Positions 52,201-64,000 of a stretch of DNA of 64,000 nucleotides are shown in pieces. The notes under the pieces are model-generated. The model saw only the letters and a list, made by a program, of their open reading frames with translations, did no database searches and had not been told where the DNA came from. Within the stretch, counting starts at the first letter, position 1. Every line of letters starts with the position of its first letter. Source of the DNA: Yuukianura sp. NJ FZ-2021 (taxonomy: Eukaryota); NCBI GenBank assembly GCA_046563655.1, contig CM102285.1:12462001-12526000 (forward strand). The letters run 5' to 3'. Position numbers and translations under genes: made by a program.

Positions 52201-54204
52201 AAAAAAAGCTGCTACAGAAGATTTACTTGTTTCTTTTTTCTGATTATTTGTCTTGAGTGCTTGCATAAGATTTAGTGAAGTGGGGAGTTAGAACTTTTGC
52301 ATTTTTTTTCTGGAAAGAGTCATGGATTTAGTGGGTTTTCAACTGAATGAGTATCAGTTTAAAAGCTTAAGAGAAGAGTGCGTAAGACAGTCTAGACATA
52401 CAAAAATTCTGTTCGTTTTTTGTTGGTAACAAAAAAGGAGACTTCATAATTTATTTTGTCGACTGTTTCCTTTCCGATTCCCTGCTGCTGTAAATGGTTG
52501 GCTGAAGCTAAGGAGAAAGTGCTGCTGGTGATTGCATCTGATTGTATGAAAGAGAAAGTGAATTATGAAAAGCATTTTTTGGCAAATCGACAAAAATTGA
52601 CTTTCTCGTTTCCAGTTCATTTGGATCTGCACTTTCTGTTTCAATGAAGTTACCATCACTTCATTACATTTTTTTCGGAAAATAATTGGAATTTGACGAA
52701 AATGGTTTTGGAAAGCACTTTATTTTATGCACGATTTTCGCTATTTTGTGTTTTGAACATTTTTAACCAGTTGTGGAGCTAACTTTTTTAAAAAGAGCAA
52801 AAGTAGTAACTGCTCTAAAAAGTTAAAAAGTTTCAAAACTGCTTTTGCAAAAACAAGAAAAGTGAACGCAAAATTTTTTTTTTCCAGAATTTTTTTGTAA
52901 ATCACATCCAAGAACACAGTACAACTTTGAATTTTTGTTTCAAAATTGAACTTAGGTGGGGTTTATTTTAAATTGAGTGGGAGGGAAGAGTGTCCATTAA
53001 GCGAGTCAATCAAGGCGGATCTTTTGAATTGAATTTTAGAATTTGTTCAATTGAATTTTTTAAAAGAAAGTGGGGGGAGACGTTGAAAGTTAAGTTTTAA
53101 TGAATGTCAATTTTTCTGTGCCAGCCCACTACTGCGGAAGTATGCTTTGAATGAATCAATTCAATTTTCTTCTGCTGGCGAACAATGTTGGAGTAGAAGC
53201 TTAAGAACACTAATGTCGGTGCTGGGATCTGCAGTGTAGCAACGGTAAATAGACTTTGGCCACCTTTCTCTGCAGTGTAATCAATCTGGCTCAGGTTTCA
53301 GGGGAATGTGTCTCCCTTTACCCAAAGCACAACGCAGCTTCCTTTGTGATTTTCAGTTTTTTGTTGGCTTTCTAGGTTTTTCTGGAATAAAAAGAGAAAG
53401 TGGAGAAAGCAAAGTCAAATCCCAAAGTCTTTAGAAGGAAAAAAGAGATTTGGGTACTTTGTCAATTTCAGTCTGTTTGAAAATTTAGAAAGCGAATCAT
53501 TCCATTTTCTTTTTTCAAAAGTTGTTCCACTTCACTGGTAAAATTAAATAGGTTCATTTTGATTTTGAGACTTGAGAGTAATTTTGAAAGTTCTGTTCAA
53601 TGGATTTCCATTTCCTTCTGGAAAAGATGTAAGACCATTAAGGGGACTTTTCATTAATTGATATAGAAGGGGGAAGGGACATTAGGGACGGAAACTGGGG
53701 AGTAATAAAAGAGAAAGAGCAGCAGTGGTTTTCTAAATGCCGGTTTATGTCGTAAATCTTTGATACTTTTTACAAAATCTGGTTCTCCTTTTTGGTTGTT
53801 GAGTTATGGGTTTTGAAATTTTTATATTTTTTGATATTAGGAGACTGCAACTAATTTATAGAGATTTATTTCCTTGTGGAGAGAAGTTAGATTTTAAGAG
53901 TAAAGATTTCTGGAGTTTTAAGTTTTGAGATGAGCGTACCACAGTTGTCTGAAATTTAATGTAAGCAGACTGAGAAGTCTTCCCTTGAGGATTTTTTGAA
54001 AAGCTGAAAGCATTTTCTTCTGATCCAAAGCACTTTCCATCTGTTCAGTGCTTTCCCCTCCTTGTGCTTTCCCCGTCTGCTGATGAGTTACCTAAATCAT
54101 TTAGGGTTTAAACGGAAATGGGATCTCAAAGGGCAAGGAGGCGTCGTTCGCTGCTCGTTCCCTCTAGTTCCGTTTTCAGGACGGCTCAAATTCGTGTTCA
54201 GACG

Positions 54205-54335
54205 CTCCTGGACGGGAAATTATGGACGAGTAGAGCCATGGACGGCAAGTTGTGGACGAGAAGCACCATGGACGGGCATTTATGGACGATACTCATGGAC
54301 TATCATAAGCGTGGTGGACCTTCTGTCCTGGACGT
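54205..54335. repeat. Degenerate tandem repeat, 30-bp period with two TGGAC(G) cores per unit
   Basis: TGGAC occurs at about 54209, 54223, 54239, 54253, 54269, 54283, 54296, 54315 and 54329; the first six alternate 14/16-bp spacing. Confidence 0.7.
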
Positions 54336-57300
54336 CTATAAGGTGAACATTGTGAATTGTGAAAATAGAAATTGGTTCACGTTCGCAATAGATCGTTCAA
54401 GAGTGGCCTGGAATGGTCGAGATCCAGACGAAAATTGGTGGGAGACGGTGGATCGGACGCAGGGTGAACTCTGTAATGATTTAATGTCAAAATAAGACAA
54501 GGGGCTTTGAATTATTAGTTCCGGAGAATCATTAAGGGCACGAGAAGAGAAATCAGAGGCAGAGTGAAGGGGTTAGGCTAGAGAAGTTAGGTTAGTCGAG
54601 AACCCGATTAGGTTAGCTAACCTAACTGGGACGGGCTGAGCAGTCGTTTGGAACTGGCCGACGACAGGGATGGGAAATGACAAGGAGTGGGCCAAGTCAG
54701 GAGATGGTTTATTGGAAAGTGAAAGTGAAAGATAAGTAACTTGCTGTTCCGGGCGTTTTATGATTTATTATGTGGATCACATCAGATTCAGGAAGATGCG
54801 ACGCATTGTTCCGCAGGATCTCAGTATAGAAATCCCGCTTTTTTTAAAAAGGTGACCCAAACATAACGAAAAGGTCAATAAATCATAAAATTCAGGAAGT
54901 GGAATTGGCTTTTGAAATTTATCATTCTTGTCTTTCCATTCTTTTGCTTGTCTTTTGTGTGACCTGACAGGGGTAGTGCCATCGTCACGCTCGTGTCCTC
55001 CAAAGTCATGTTTCATGCTTGTAAATTAAAGGCAGAATTGCCGCCGTCGGTTTTTTGGTTTAGCTTTTCTTGGTTTTTGAAATCTGAAAGTGAAATCTTG
55101 TTGAACAGGATTTTGGTTGTTGTTTATTTGCTGTCAAAAAAGGCTGAAGCCGTTTTCTAAAGCAAATTGAGTTGAGTTTAGTACAGAATCTCAAGAAGAT
55201 CTTATTGTTAAGTTGAACAAGTTGGAGCTGGAGAGTTAGGTTTTGGTGGGACGCTGAAATGGAAAAGTGGGTTGTTGTTATGACGGGATGTCTACTTCAA
55301 AAAGTAGCATTTTTGGAGAGTCTTTCTCTCCGTTTTCGTTTTTCGGACTAAAGAAAAAATTGCATTTGTATTCACTACATGGAGTGTTGGGTTTGTGATG
55401 TTTGATGTTTTTTCGGGAGCTCCTTTCTTCTGCTTCTTTTAGTTCTATCTTAAAAACTGGAACCATTCAAGTACTCTTTTCCTTCTTTGCTGGGCTGCTT
55501 TTGAAGTTTTCTGTTCTGAAGTTGGTTAGTTGCAAAAAGAGAAAAAAAAATGGAAAAGTTTTGTAGGAGAAAGCTTAGTTGACTTTTATCTTTTTGTGAA
55601 AAATGTTTCTTTGAGAATGGCAAGAGGAAAATGGAAGGTGAAGTGAGAGAGAAAAAGAGTTGATTTTGTTTGATCCTTGTGAATTGTAATCAGTTTCAAG
55701 GAAGAATGGGACAGTGAATGAAGGAGATGATGAAGAAAGTAAGGAAAAGACAATGAAGTTAGGCTAAACTAACGTTAGTGTTGAGGAGTAAGCATTAGAA
55801 GTGGAAGGGAGTGCAGTTTTTGTTTTGTTTTAAAACTAAGAGGCAGATGGTTCAGTTTCTTTGTTTCTTTTGAAAAAATAATAAAATGTAAAAGAGAAAT
55901 GTCCTTGTCTTTGTTTGGAGAGAGAAAGTTCTTATGGTTTTTGACTTGGAAGTGACTCGAGGCCATTTCTCATTTGGGAACTAACTGTGTTTTCTATGGT
56001 TCGTTTTTTTCTGTTTGAAGAGAAAGTGTAACAAGAGACTTTCTTCTTTCGGGTAGATTATAAAAGGTTTCTACAGAAAAACTGAAGCTTTTGACCTATT
56101 TTTTGGAACATGGGATTCTACCGTTTCGGTCTAAAAAGAAATGGAGATGTGGGACACAGAAACCGAAAAAAAATACGGATTGAAGAAGTTTCTCGCAAGT
56201 GACCATAGCCGTTGTTGAGAATTCCGAAAGTTTACACTAGGCAATTGAATCAGTGTTTCTTTTCGAAATTTCGAAATTTTTTGAAAAATTTGACGAAAAA
56301 AGGGTAGTAGAAAACGGTTTCTTGCCCGGATCCGAAAAGTTGAGGAAAACGATTGGAAATGACTTAAAATGTCTTACAAAGTGAAAAGGAAGAAAAAAGA
56401 ATTTCGAAAAATTTGACGTCTCTTGTCAAATCATCGTTCGTATTTGGAGAAAATTTGGAATTGAGCCTTCAAAATTCTGAATTGTGTCTGTTTTTTTTCC
56501 TGAATGTTTTTCTTGTGAAGTGGATTAAAATTGGGGTGAGGGTATTTTGATGATGAATTTTGTGGTATATAAATTTTGATTGACAGGAGAATGAGTTTTC
56601 CCAGGTTGATCTTGTCAGAAGGGAGTCAGATGTTGACGACGGGCCGTTGTATTCTCCGCCCTTTCAGCAGCGTGTGTTGAAGAATTGAAATTGTGGAGTA
56701 TTGAATAGATGTTGATCTGCAGAGCCCTTCGTTGGTTTGAGGGTTAACAAAATTGTGCTCTGGGGAAGCGTACGTACCCTGCAAAAGCGGAGATGAAGGG
56801 AGGAACTGTCTAGAATAAATTGAATAAGCGATTTTCTATCCATAGGGTGGATTTTGTGTAGATGTAAAGGGAAATTAGATGCTTCCTTGGAAAATTCACC
56901 CCCTGCTGAGTCTCAGAGAGACTTATGCGGATGACCTACCGACCTTCATGTGAACTCTGAAATTATTTGGCGAACCAGAATAAGTGAAATTGTTAAACCT
57001 ATTGTCATGACTAGGCATGCTTAGGAGCGTGTGTACTGGAGGACTTGAAGTACCCCCTCTTGAGAGTTCAATAGATTGTAAAGGGATTCAGAAAATGATT
57101 CAAAGAGAATTGAATTTTACAGGGTCAAGAGTCCTACGTTTTTTTTTTGTGTGATTTGTGAATACTAACATCGCTTTGAATTTCGAAAGAATTCTTCAGT
57201 TGAACAAACTTTTTCGAAATGGCACTAACTTTTTTTTGAATTTTGAGATAGCTGCCAATTGAATTGTAGGAAAGCTGCAGTTGAAGGAACGTTTTTTTTT

Positions 57301-58524
57301 TAAATTGTATAAACCTTTGTTTCTGAGTTCTTTGAAACTTGCATCTGCTATGCAATTGTGAAAGTAATTAAAGTTGGACATAGTCAATTAAATTTGGAGA
57401 GATGTAGTTAGTTGTTTAGTTGGAATTTTCTGGATATGTTGAGACCAGCATCATTAAAAGCGTAAGATTTTATGGTTATAGGCCCAGGTTTTTTGGAATT
57501 GTGGACAATTCCTTTGAATTGTGAATTGAAACGCCGATTTTTAGGGTTAAGACTCAAGTTTTAAGTGGAAATGAAAAAAAGAGAAGCTGGAAGATGAGGG
57601 TGGAAACGCCTGTGTGCAACTTTAATGGATTAGTCCATAAATGGAATGAAGTGTCCCCCTATTTACGACGAGATGACAAAGATCATGTCCTGGAAGGTTA
57701 CATCTGACCATGTCCCTATAAAAACCAAATCCTAAAATCCAAATGCTTAACCCTCTCTTGTTCCGTCATCTGTGTCAGTCTTGTTCTAAGTGGATTAAAT
57801 GTCATGATTTTTTAGTTTTGATTGCGTGGGGGAACGTCATTTTACGTTTTATGGAACTCTATTTGCAGAGTCTCAAGTTTTTCTTTGTAGATTATAATCC
57901 AGTGGGTCAACATTTGTCTTGAAACGGAGTTTAAAAAATGTCAAGGGGTCAAAAGAACAAAATTTGTAGGATTCGGTAGATGAAAAATGGTTTTCTGTTT
58001 CTTTGCTTTCCATTAGACCGAAGTTTTTGTCCAAGAGGGTCAATAAGTTAGTGTTTGAAATTGCACTTTTCGGAAATGGATGGACCCTGGTGGTGTATTT
58101 TTGATGATTGGGATCCAGACATGTGTCGGATGTCCCAAGGTTTTTCGGATTTTACCCGGGTTTTCTATGGTTCTGGATCCGCCCCCTTCCAAGACTCAGC
58201 TGCGAAAGCTTGAGTTTCATTTTGGTTGTCGTATTACAGTTTCAGTTTTAGTTGTATGTTTTGTGTACTTTTGTACTTTGGAAGCAGTGGACCAAGGAGG
58301 CAGGCTCATCAAGAGATGGAAGTTGTGGAAGGTGACCTGGACCATGGACCTTGTGAATTGGATTTGGTAGGGCGAAGGGACCTTGTTGACCAATCAATCT
58401 TAGTCACTCGACCTCTGCGCTCCATTTCACTTGCCTCTGACACCAGGGTGGCACCCTTGGTGTTCTTGGTTCCTTCTACGTGGGATGCTGGATACATTGC
58501 GTATTTTTCAGAGGGGCCAGTCTA

Positions 58525-58958
58525 CTGTAAATGTTCTAATAGAAGGCAGGCGTGTATTTATTTTTCACCCTTGCAGACCCGCCTTTTATTGGAGGCAGGT
58601 TTCTATTTCCACTTTCAAGATTCGGAACTTCCCTCAAACCGGAAAATCTAACAAAATGTCCCAATTTGTATCGTTTAGAGAGTTTTTTTGAAATTAATCT
58701 AAAGGGAAATATTTACCATTAACGTAGAAATTAACATAGAAATTTTGAAGTTTAATAACGCAATTATAGTGAGAAAGCGAAATTTTGGCTTTAAAACACT
58801 AATATTTTTTAGTCTTGCTAATAATCCCGGCTTAAATATTTTGGAGTGAAGACCCTGGCTTGGAGATAGGTTTTTATTTAAAATTTTCCGGTCTGCACCC
58901 GGCTTATTTTAAAGTCCCGGCTTGTATTTGGGACCGGCTTTTATTAGAAGTTTTACGG
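58525..58958. mobile_element. About 434-bp Tc1/mariner-pogo-like MITE, aged
   Basis: TA|CTGTAAATGTTCTAATAGAAG ... CTTTTATTAGAAGTTTTACGG|TA forms imperfect TIRs with a TA duplication. CCGGCT subterminal motifs repeat in the right arm. Confidence 0.6.
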
Positions 58959-61900
58959 TAGTCTAGCTTAGGTCCATCCAGAAGTGTCTTGTTGATGGAA
59001 CGCCTCGCTTTGAAAGTTCTCACTCTCGAGCCTCCTTAAATGAACCTCCAGTCGATTTCCCTTGACTCATTTTCTAAATTCTAACCCTCCCGTGACCCCA
59101 AATGGGACATGAGAAAAATGAGATGAGTGGGAAGGGCTATAAGTTAGGATTTTTCGACTACCCTAACATATGTCCATGATGGGAACAAGGACAAGCTCCC
59201 AGCAGCATCTAATTCTCATCATGGACATGGACGTTCTCCCCACACGCTCTTCGACGAAGAGATTTAATTGATTACAAAGTTGAACCGAAGTAAAAGAAAC
59301 AGGGGAGGAGGCACACTCGACAATTTTAGAACAGGATTTTATGCTTGGAACATGTTTTGCATTTTAAGCCTGGAGGGATGTTAAAGTTTTCTGAATTTTA
59401 TGACCAAAATGCTGAGTCACATGGATAGAAACAGTGTCACACTTTTGGCTTTTGTTCTTTTGACCTTTGAATCTCTCTTGAGGATTTTTAGAACTTGTCC
59501 AGAGGGGTTGTTAAAATGATTTGGATCTTTTTCGAATCAAGTTTTGAGTTTTGGCGCGTGTTTAGGGCGGGTACGACTTTTAGGAGTTTTAAAGTTTTAG
59601 GGAGTATGGAATGAAGAAGATTTGTTAGAAGTTGGAGGTGGAAGTTTTTGATTGCATTATTTGGGCATTGGCTTTTGTGTCTTTAGAGAAAGCGTGGCCT
59701 GTCAATTTGAACTAAAGCTGTCTTTGGTTTAGGATTTTATTGTATTTACTTTGGAGCAAGACTTTCATGGTTATTTGGCTATGGACACTCTGAAAAACTC
59801 TTTTTTGAACCATTTCCACTTTCCGCTAAGTCGAGTTTTACTTCCTTTTCGACCGAAGTGAGGCAGCGGAAGCCTCGAAATAGGAGAAAGTGAAAGTGGA
59901 CTTGAAAAAACACAGAACACTTTCTAGCATTTGGAACTTTCACTGTAGGTTAAGTTAGGCTAGGCAGTAGTTTTTTTTTAGTTGATACTGCAGGAATCCC
60001 GGGTTTCTAGAAGACCCCATCTGCCATGACCTGACCAGCATAAAAATTAAGCCGTGAAGGGCGGGAAGTGAGAAAGAGGCTGGTAGTTGAACAGTGACAT
60101 TGACACAATGCTGCAGCTTCTGGATTTGACATGGGTATAAAATAGAGGAGGCCTGTTTTCATTCGAATCCGAGGGACACGGGTCTTTTTTGGACCATTGC
60201 TTTTGTAAACTTTAAAAAAGTCAACAAATATAATGTCGAAGTTAGAAAAATTGTAAAATTGTGATTTTATGGCCAGTTGGGGCGAAAAGAGACAGAGGAA
60301 CTCCCTTGGCGTTGCGCAATGCGCGGTGAATTTTGTGTTTTTTGATCAAATGAACCGTGTTAAATTATGGTTCATTATGAAAAATCTCTTTACCACTGCT
60401 AATGGACGATTTTTGTTGCCGGAGTGTGTGTGAGATTGAATGGATTTTGTACAGATGGAAGTCCAATTTCCATTTGAAATAAATCATCTGCTCCTCTCTG
60501 TTGAACCTTGTTTTTCATTTTTATAAGCTTCCCGAGTTCCCGCCAAAGCTTGAGCATTGAATTGGCAACTGACTACAGAAGCGTTTGGAAAAAAGACTTT
60601 GACGCCTCTTCATGAGTGTTGGTCTGACTGAATTTGGAAAGAGAGAAAAAAATTAATGGTTTTTTTCTGTTAATGCTTTTAATGGTGTAACTATGTTGCG
60701 TAACTTTGAGCTTTCCATTTTGGAATGTGGAAATGGAAAGTGGAAAAGGGCGATTAGAATGATTGATGTCCATGAGTGAGCACTCCCATTTAAATATTAT
60801 GCTTTGTTGTTATGAAGTGGAATGCAGTGTAGATTTCGTAATTTACTAAAAAGTTTCACAAGAATTTCATTTTTATGGAATTTTATGCGTTTTTACGTAA
60901 CTGTTTTTTTCTTTTACTGAACATTGTGCTGTTTCTGAGAAAAAAACTGAGAAATTAAAATTTTCGTGGTTTCAAACCGGTGAAAATGAAATGATTTTCA
61001 GGTTGGGGAAATTTAAGTAAAGCCCAGATGACATGGGTCCCGAAAATTTGAAATTTTTGAATTTTTTTGTTGTTGTTTTTTTTTTTGTGTGTTGGAAAAA
61101 GTGGTGAAGGTGAAAGGAGTGATGAATTTGAGGAATTGGGCTTACGTGGATGACTGGCTAAAAATAAATGGGAACTCATCTGTCATGTCTAGTGCTAAAG
61201 GGATATGTGGGGAAAGGAGAGAAATTGGTTCATGTCCGAAGAGTATCGTGCCAACATCCTACGCATTCTTTCATCTCATCCTATTATAACAATCTAGAAT
61301 CTACTAGATAGTAGATAGTACTCGATTTGGAACAACTCACAAGTGACATGACACAAACTCAAAATTCTACTGGGTAACATTTCTATATGTACACCTAGGG
61401 AGAAGATCCAATTACAATAGTACTTTTTCATACTACACGTTCCTTTTTAGTTTTCCATGGAAAAGGAATTGATCCATGTCGGTTGTCGGAGTTGTCGCTG
61501 ACAGACGGTACGTCAATGACACTTTAGTTTTCCAAATGATTAATTGGGTTTTTCGAAAGAAAAATTTACAAAAAAGAACATTTTGGTTTTGGTGAAAGTG
61601 ATTTTTTAGGTTAGGGTAGGTTAGGGAGAAAGGAAAATTCGATGTTTTGATTGAGTGTGATTTTGGTTCGGCGGAGAAAGTGGAATTCAGTTCGCGGGTG
61701 AATTTTGGTTTTGGAGAAAATGGATTTCGGTTTTAATTTTTTTCGTGTGTTGGACATGATCCAATTGTTAGTGAAATGCTGAGTTCATTTTCATTAACGT
61801 CGGCTTAGGTTTAGACTGCAAAGTGAAAGTGACTATGAATAGAGTGAACAGAAGTTTTTTGATCTCGGTGTGATTAATAATTCTTTTTGTGGATGAGCAG

Positions 61901-63720
61901 CTGGAGATGGTGATGATCTCTTGCATAATTTGGTGGGATGAGAGATGAAGAGCGTTTGAGTGACAATGGAAGATGAAGTGTCTTAAGTTATCTCATTGTC
62001 TAACCTCCTTCTCTCTTTTTAGTTTTAAGTTTAGGTTTAAGTGCGTTTCGTCTTAATGAACTGATGAGATCTACACCTTTTCCTGGGCTGACTCATCACA
62101 TCTTCTTCACTTCTGATCCCTCCCTCCAGTTAAGATTAACAAGACAGGAAGAAGATTCTATCTTTTTTGTTCTTTTCTGATGGAATCCCCTGAGATCGAC
62201 CTGCCAAAATGCCAAGGGGGATCGGAAAGGGCTGTCGTGTTTAAGTGTTTTTGATTTTAATTAAAAATTGCAACTTCTCTGTTAATGGCAAGTTTCTGGC
62301 CTGTCTAGAGGATTTTTCCGGGGTTTTAGCTGGGTTTTGGACTTCGCTGATTCGTTGGAAATCCAAAAGCTAGGAGGTTTTAAAATTATTAATTTTGGCA
62401 TTGGAAGTCATAATGGAAACCACATTTTAAGTGCAGAAGGGGAAAACAATGGGCGAATGGCTTCTGTTTAATTGCAAATGGTGTGGAAATAAAGCTTATA
62501 TTTTGCTATTAAGCGTTTAGCTTTAAGTACATGTACGTCCAGCACAGACGGTTCTGACAGAAAAACTGTAATAGAGGGGAGAAATTTTGGCTTTCGAGAG
62601 GAAATTCGACGTTCACACATTCACAATTTTAAATCCAAAGGCTTTAAAAGAAAGTTTTTTTCTAAATTTTCTTGAACATAAGACGTAATTGTTTCTTTTT
62701 CAAAGGTCGTGTATCGTGTTTGGAGAAATTTTTAGTCTGAACTCTGAAGGAAGTGAGTATTTTCGGAAGTTGCAACTTTCAAATTTTCAATTTTCATTTT
62801 TGGTATTTCTCGTTTAGAAGTCTTATTTTAAAGAAATTCGGAAATTTTTTTTGTCTAATATCCTAATATATAATATATAGTAATAGTCTAATATATAACA
62901 TGTTCAAACTTGGAATTTTTATTTTTGTTGGATTTTTGACGATAGACGAAAAATGTGTTCAGGTGATTTACTTTTTGAAAGTGAAAATATTTTTTGAAAG
63001 AGGCGTGACTCTTGAGTGATGTGAAAATATTGATTTTTGAAATTAAGTTTTAATTAAGTTTTGTGTGTAAGGCCTTTGAGAATTGACTTTTACCTTTCTT
63101 GGTTGTGTATTATTCGTGTTGGTGGAATGAATGTGCATTAGTAATTGTAGCTCCCAGCTCTTATTCCTTTCAAGTTCTATTCTAAAGATGGATCTAACTA
63201 ATTCTGTTTGCGTGTGAACGTGTGAAGGTTTGGTGAGGGATGATGACGTGTTTCATTAAGAGAAAGGAATGGACAGTTAATAATAGTTGGGAGTGAGACT
63301 GATTTGTTCTGAAATTATGGGGTAGAATTTCCTCAAAAGTGCAACGGTGTACTTATAGTCTTGGATTTTTTGAAGATTTAGTTTCTGAGAAAGATTTTGG
63401 AGTTTTTAAAATTGGTTTTTATGCACAGGACGATGTGCAAATTGGTTTTGTTTTAAAGTGAATGATGTGGGTGGAGGTTTAAAATTAAAAGGAATTATCT
63501 CGAGGAGAGTTGTGTATTTTTGAATTAAAGTGAAACTCCCATTTCCTGGAAGGGCACTTAAGCTCCCTTGATGTTGATGGACATGGAGGCAGACGGGAAA
63601 TTAGGTTGGTATACGTTGTAAGGAGGGCGGGGAATACAAATTGAAAGTGAAAGGTGTAATGGCGCCAATTAAACGAAACTGCAAAGGCTCGCAGGGAGTA
63701 ACTATAACCAGAAGCGAAGT

Positions 63721-63760
63721 GTACAGAAAGTGAAAGTGAAGTACAGAAAGTGAAAGTGAA
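63721..63760. repeat. Tandem duplication of a 20-mer
   Basis: GTACAGAAAGTGAAAGTGAA occurs twice in direct succession. Confidence 0.85.
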
Positions 63761-64000
63761 CGATGTTTTATCTGCGAATGGAAACTTTTGTTCTGGACTG
63801 TGTTCTGAAAAGTAGGAGAAAAAAATTGCTCTTTTTTCTTGAAAATGGAATGACTAAAAAATTGAGATTTTTTGGCAAAAATGGAACGAAAATCATAATC
63901 GAATTTGAGGAAGGCTCGGGATTTTTAATTCAGAGTTGGCAGAATTTTTTTTCGAGATACTAAGAGAAAGTGCAATTAAGAAAAGTTTAAAGTGAAAGTT

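Larger units (their letters stand above)
43280..64000 (+). other. 5' non-coding exons and long introns of an unidentified large gene (or lncRNA) extending beyond the window
   Basis: Exon 1 ends at 43453. Exon 2 is 50670-50762 (TTTTTACAG| ... CCAAG|GTAAG, no ATG). There are no protein-like ORFs over 21 kb, and the + strand shows a visible G/T skew. Confidence 0.55.

Noticed and set aside
54068..54125. Hammerhead-ribozyme-like GTC..CTGATGA-hairpin-GAAA
   Set aside because: Stem I is absent (2 nt between GTC and CTGATGA) and an extra G precedes GAAA; likely chance.
43358..63963. Numerous 60-180 aa ORFs in the ORF track
   Set aside because: F/K/L/S-rich compositions typical of AT-rich non-coding DNA, mostly non-ATG starts, no motifs and no consistent splice chain.

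Overview
This is eukaryotic, AT-rich genomic DNA with many short GT-AG introns. It is arthropod-like; the compact introns and WS/DGAT, SEC14 and DUF4779-type genes are consistent with a hexapod such as a springtail (inference). Positions 1-42.5 kb are gene-dense. In order: the 3' end of a PY-motif membrane protein, RpL29, DGCR6/gonadal, a WS/DGAT-type acyltransferase, a His-rich secreted DUF4779-like protein, an LRAT/H-NC protein, a 99-aa orphan gene, an ABCG half-transporter with all ATPase motifs degenerate, a secreted FKBP, an acidic type II membrane protein, a DH-PH RhoGEF, a CLIP serine protease, a SEC14-like protein, a BTB/AT-hook/psq-like factor, exportin-4 and CTP synthase. Positions 43-64 kb look like the promoter, non-coding 5' exons and very long introns of a + strand gene whose coding part lies beyond the window; this region is rich in AGTGAAAG motifs. 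Three non-autonomous DNA transposons are defined by terminal inverted repeats (TIRs) and target-site duplications (TSDs): Harbinger-like, Foldback/Mutator-like and Tc1/pogo-like. I found no convincing new multi-gene system. The best leads are the intact pseudo-ATPase ABCG, the Foldback element in the XPO4/CTPS divergent promoter, the motif cluster, the WS/DGAT gene and a catalytic-serine microexon. Gene models were spliced and motifs counted by eye; no database searches were run.
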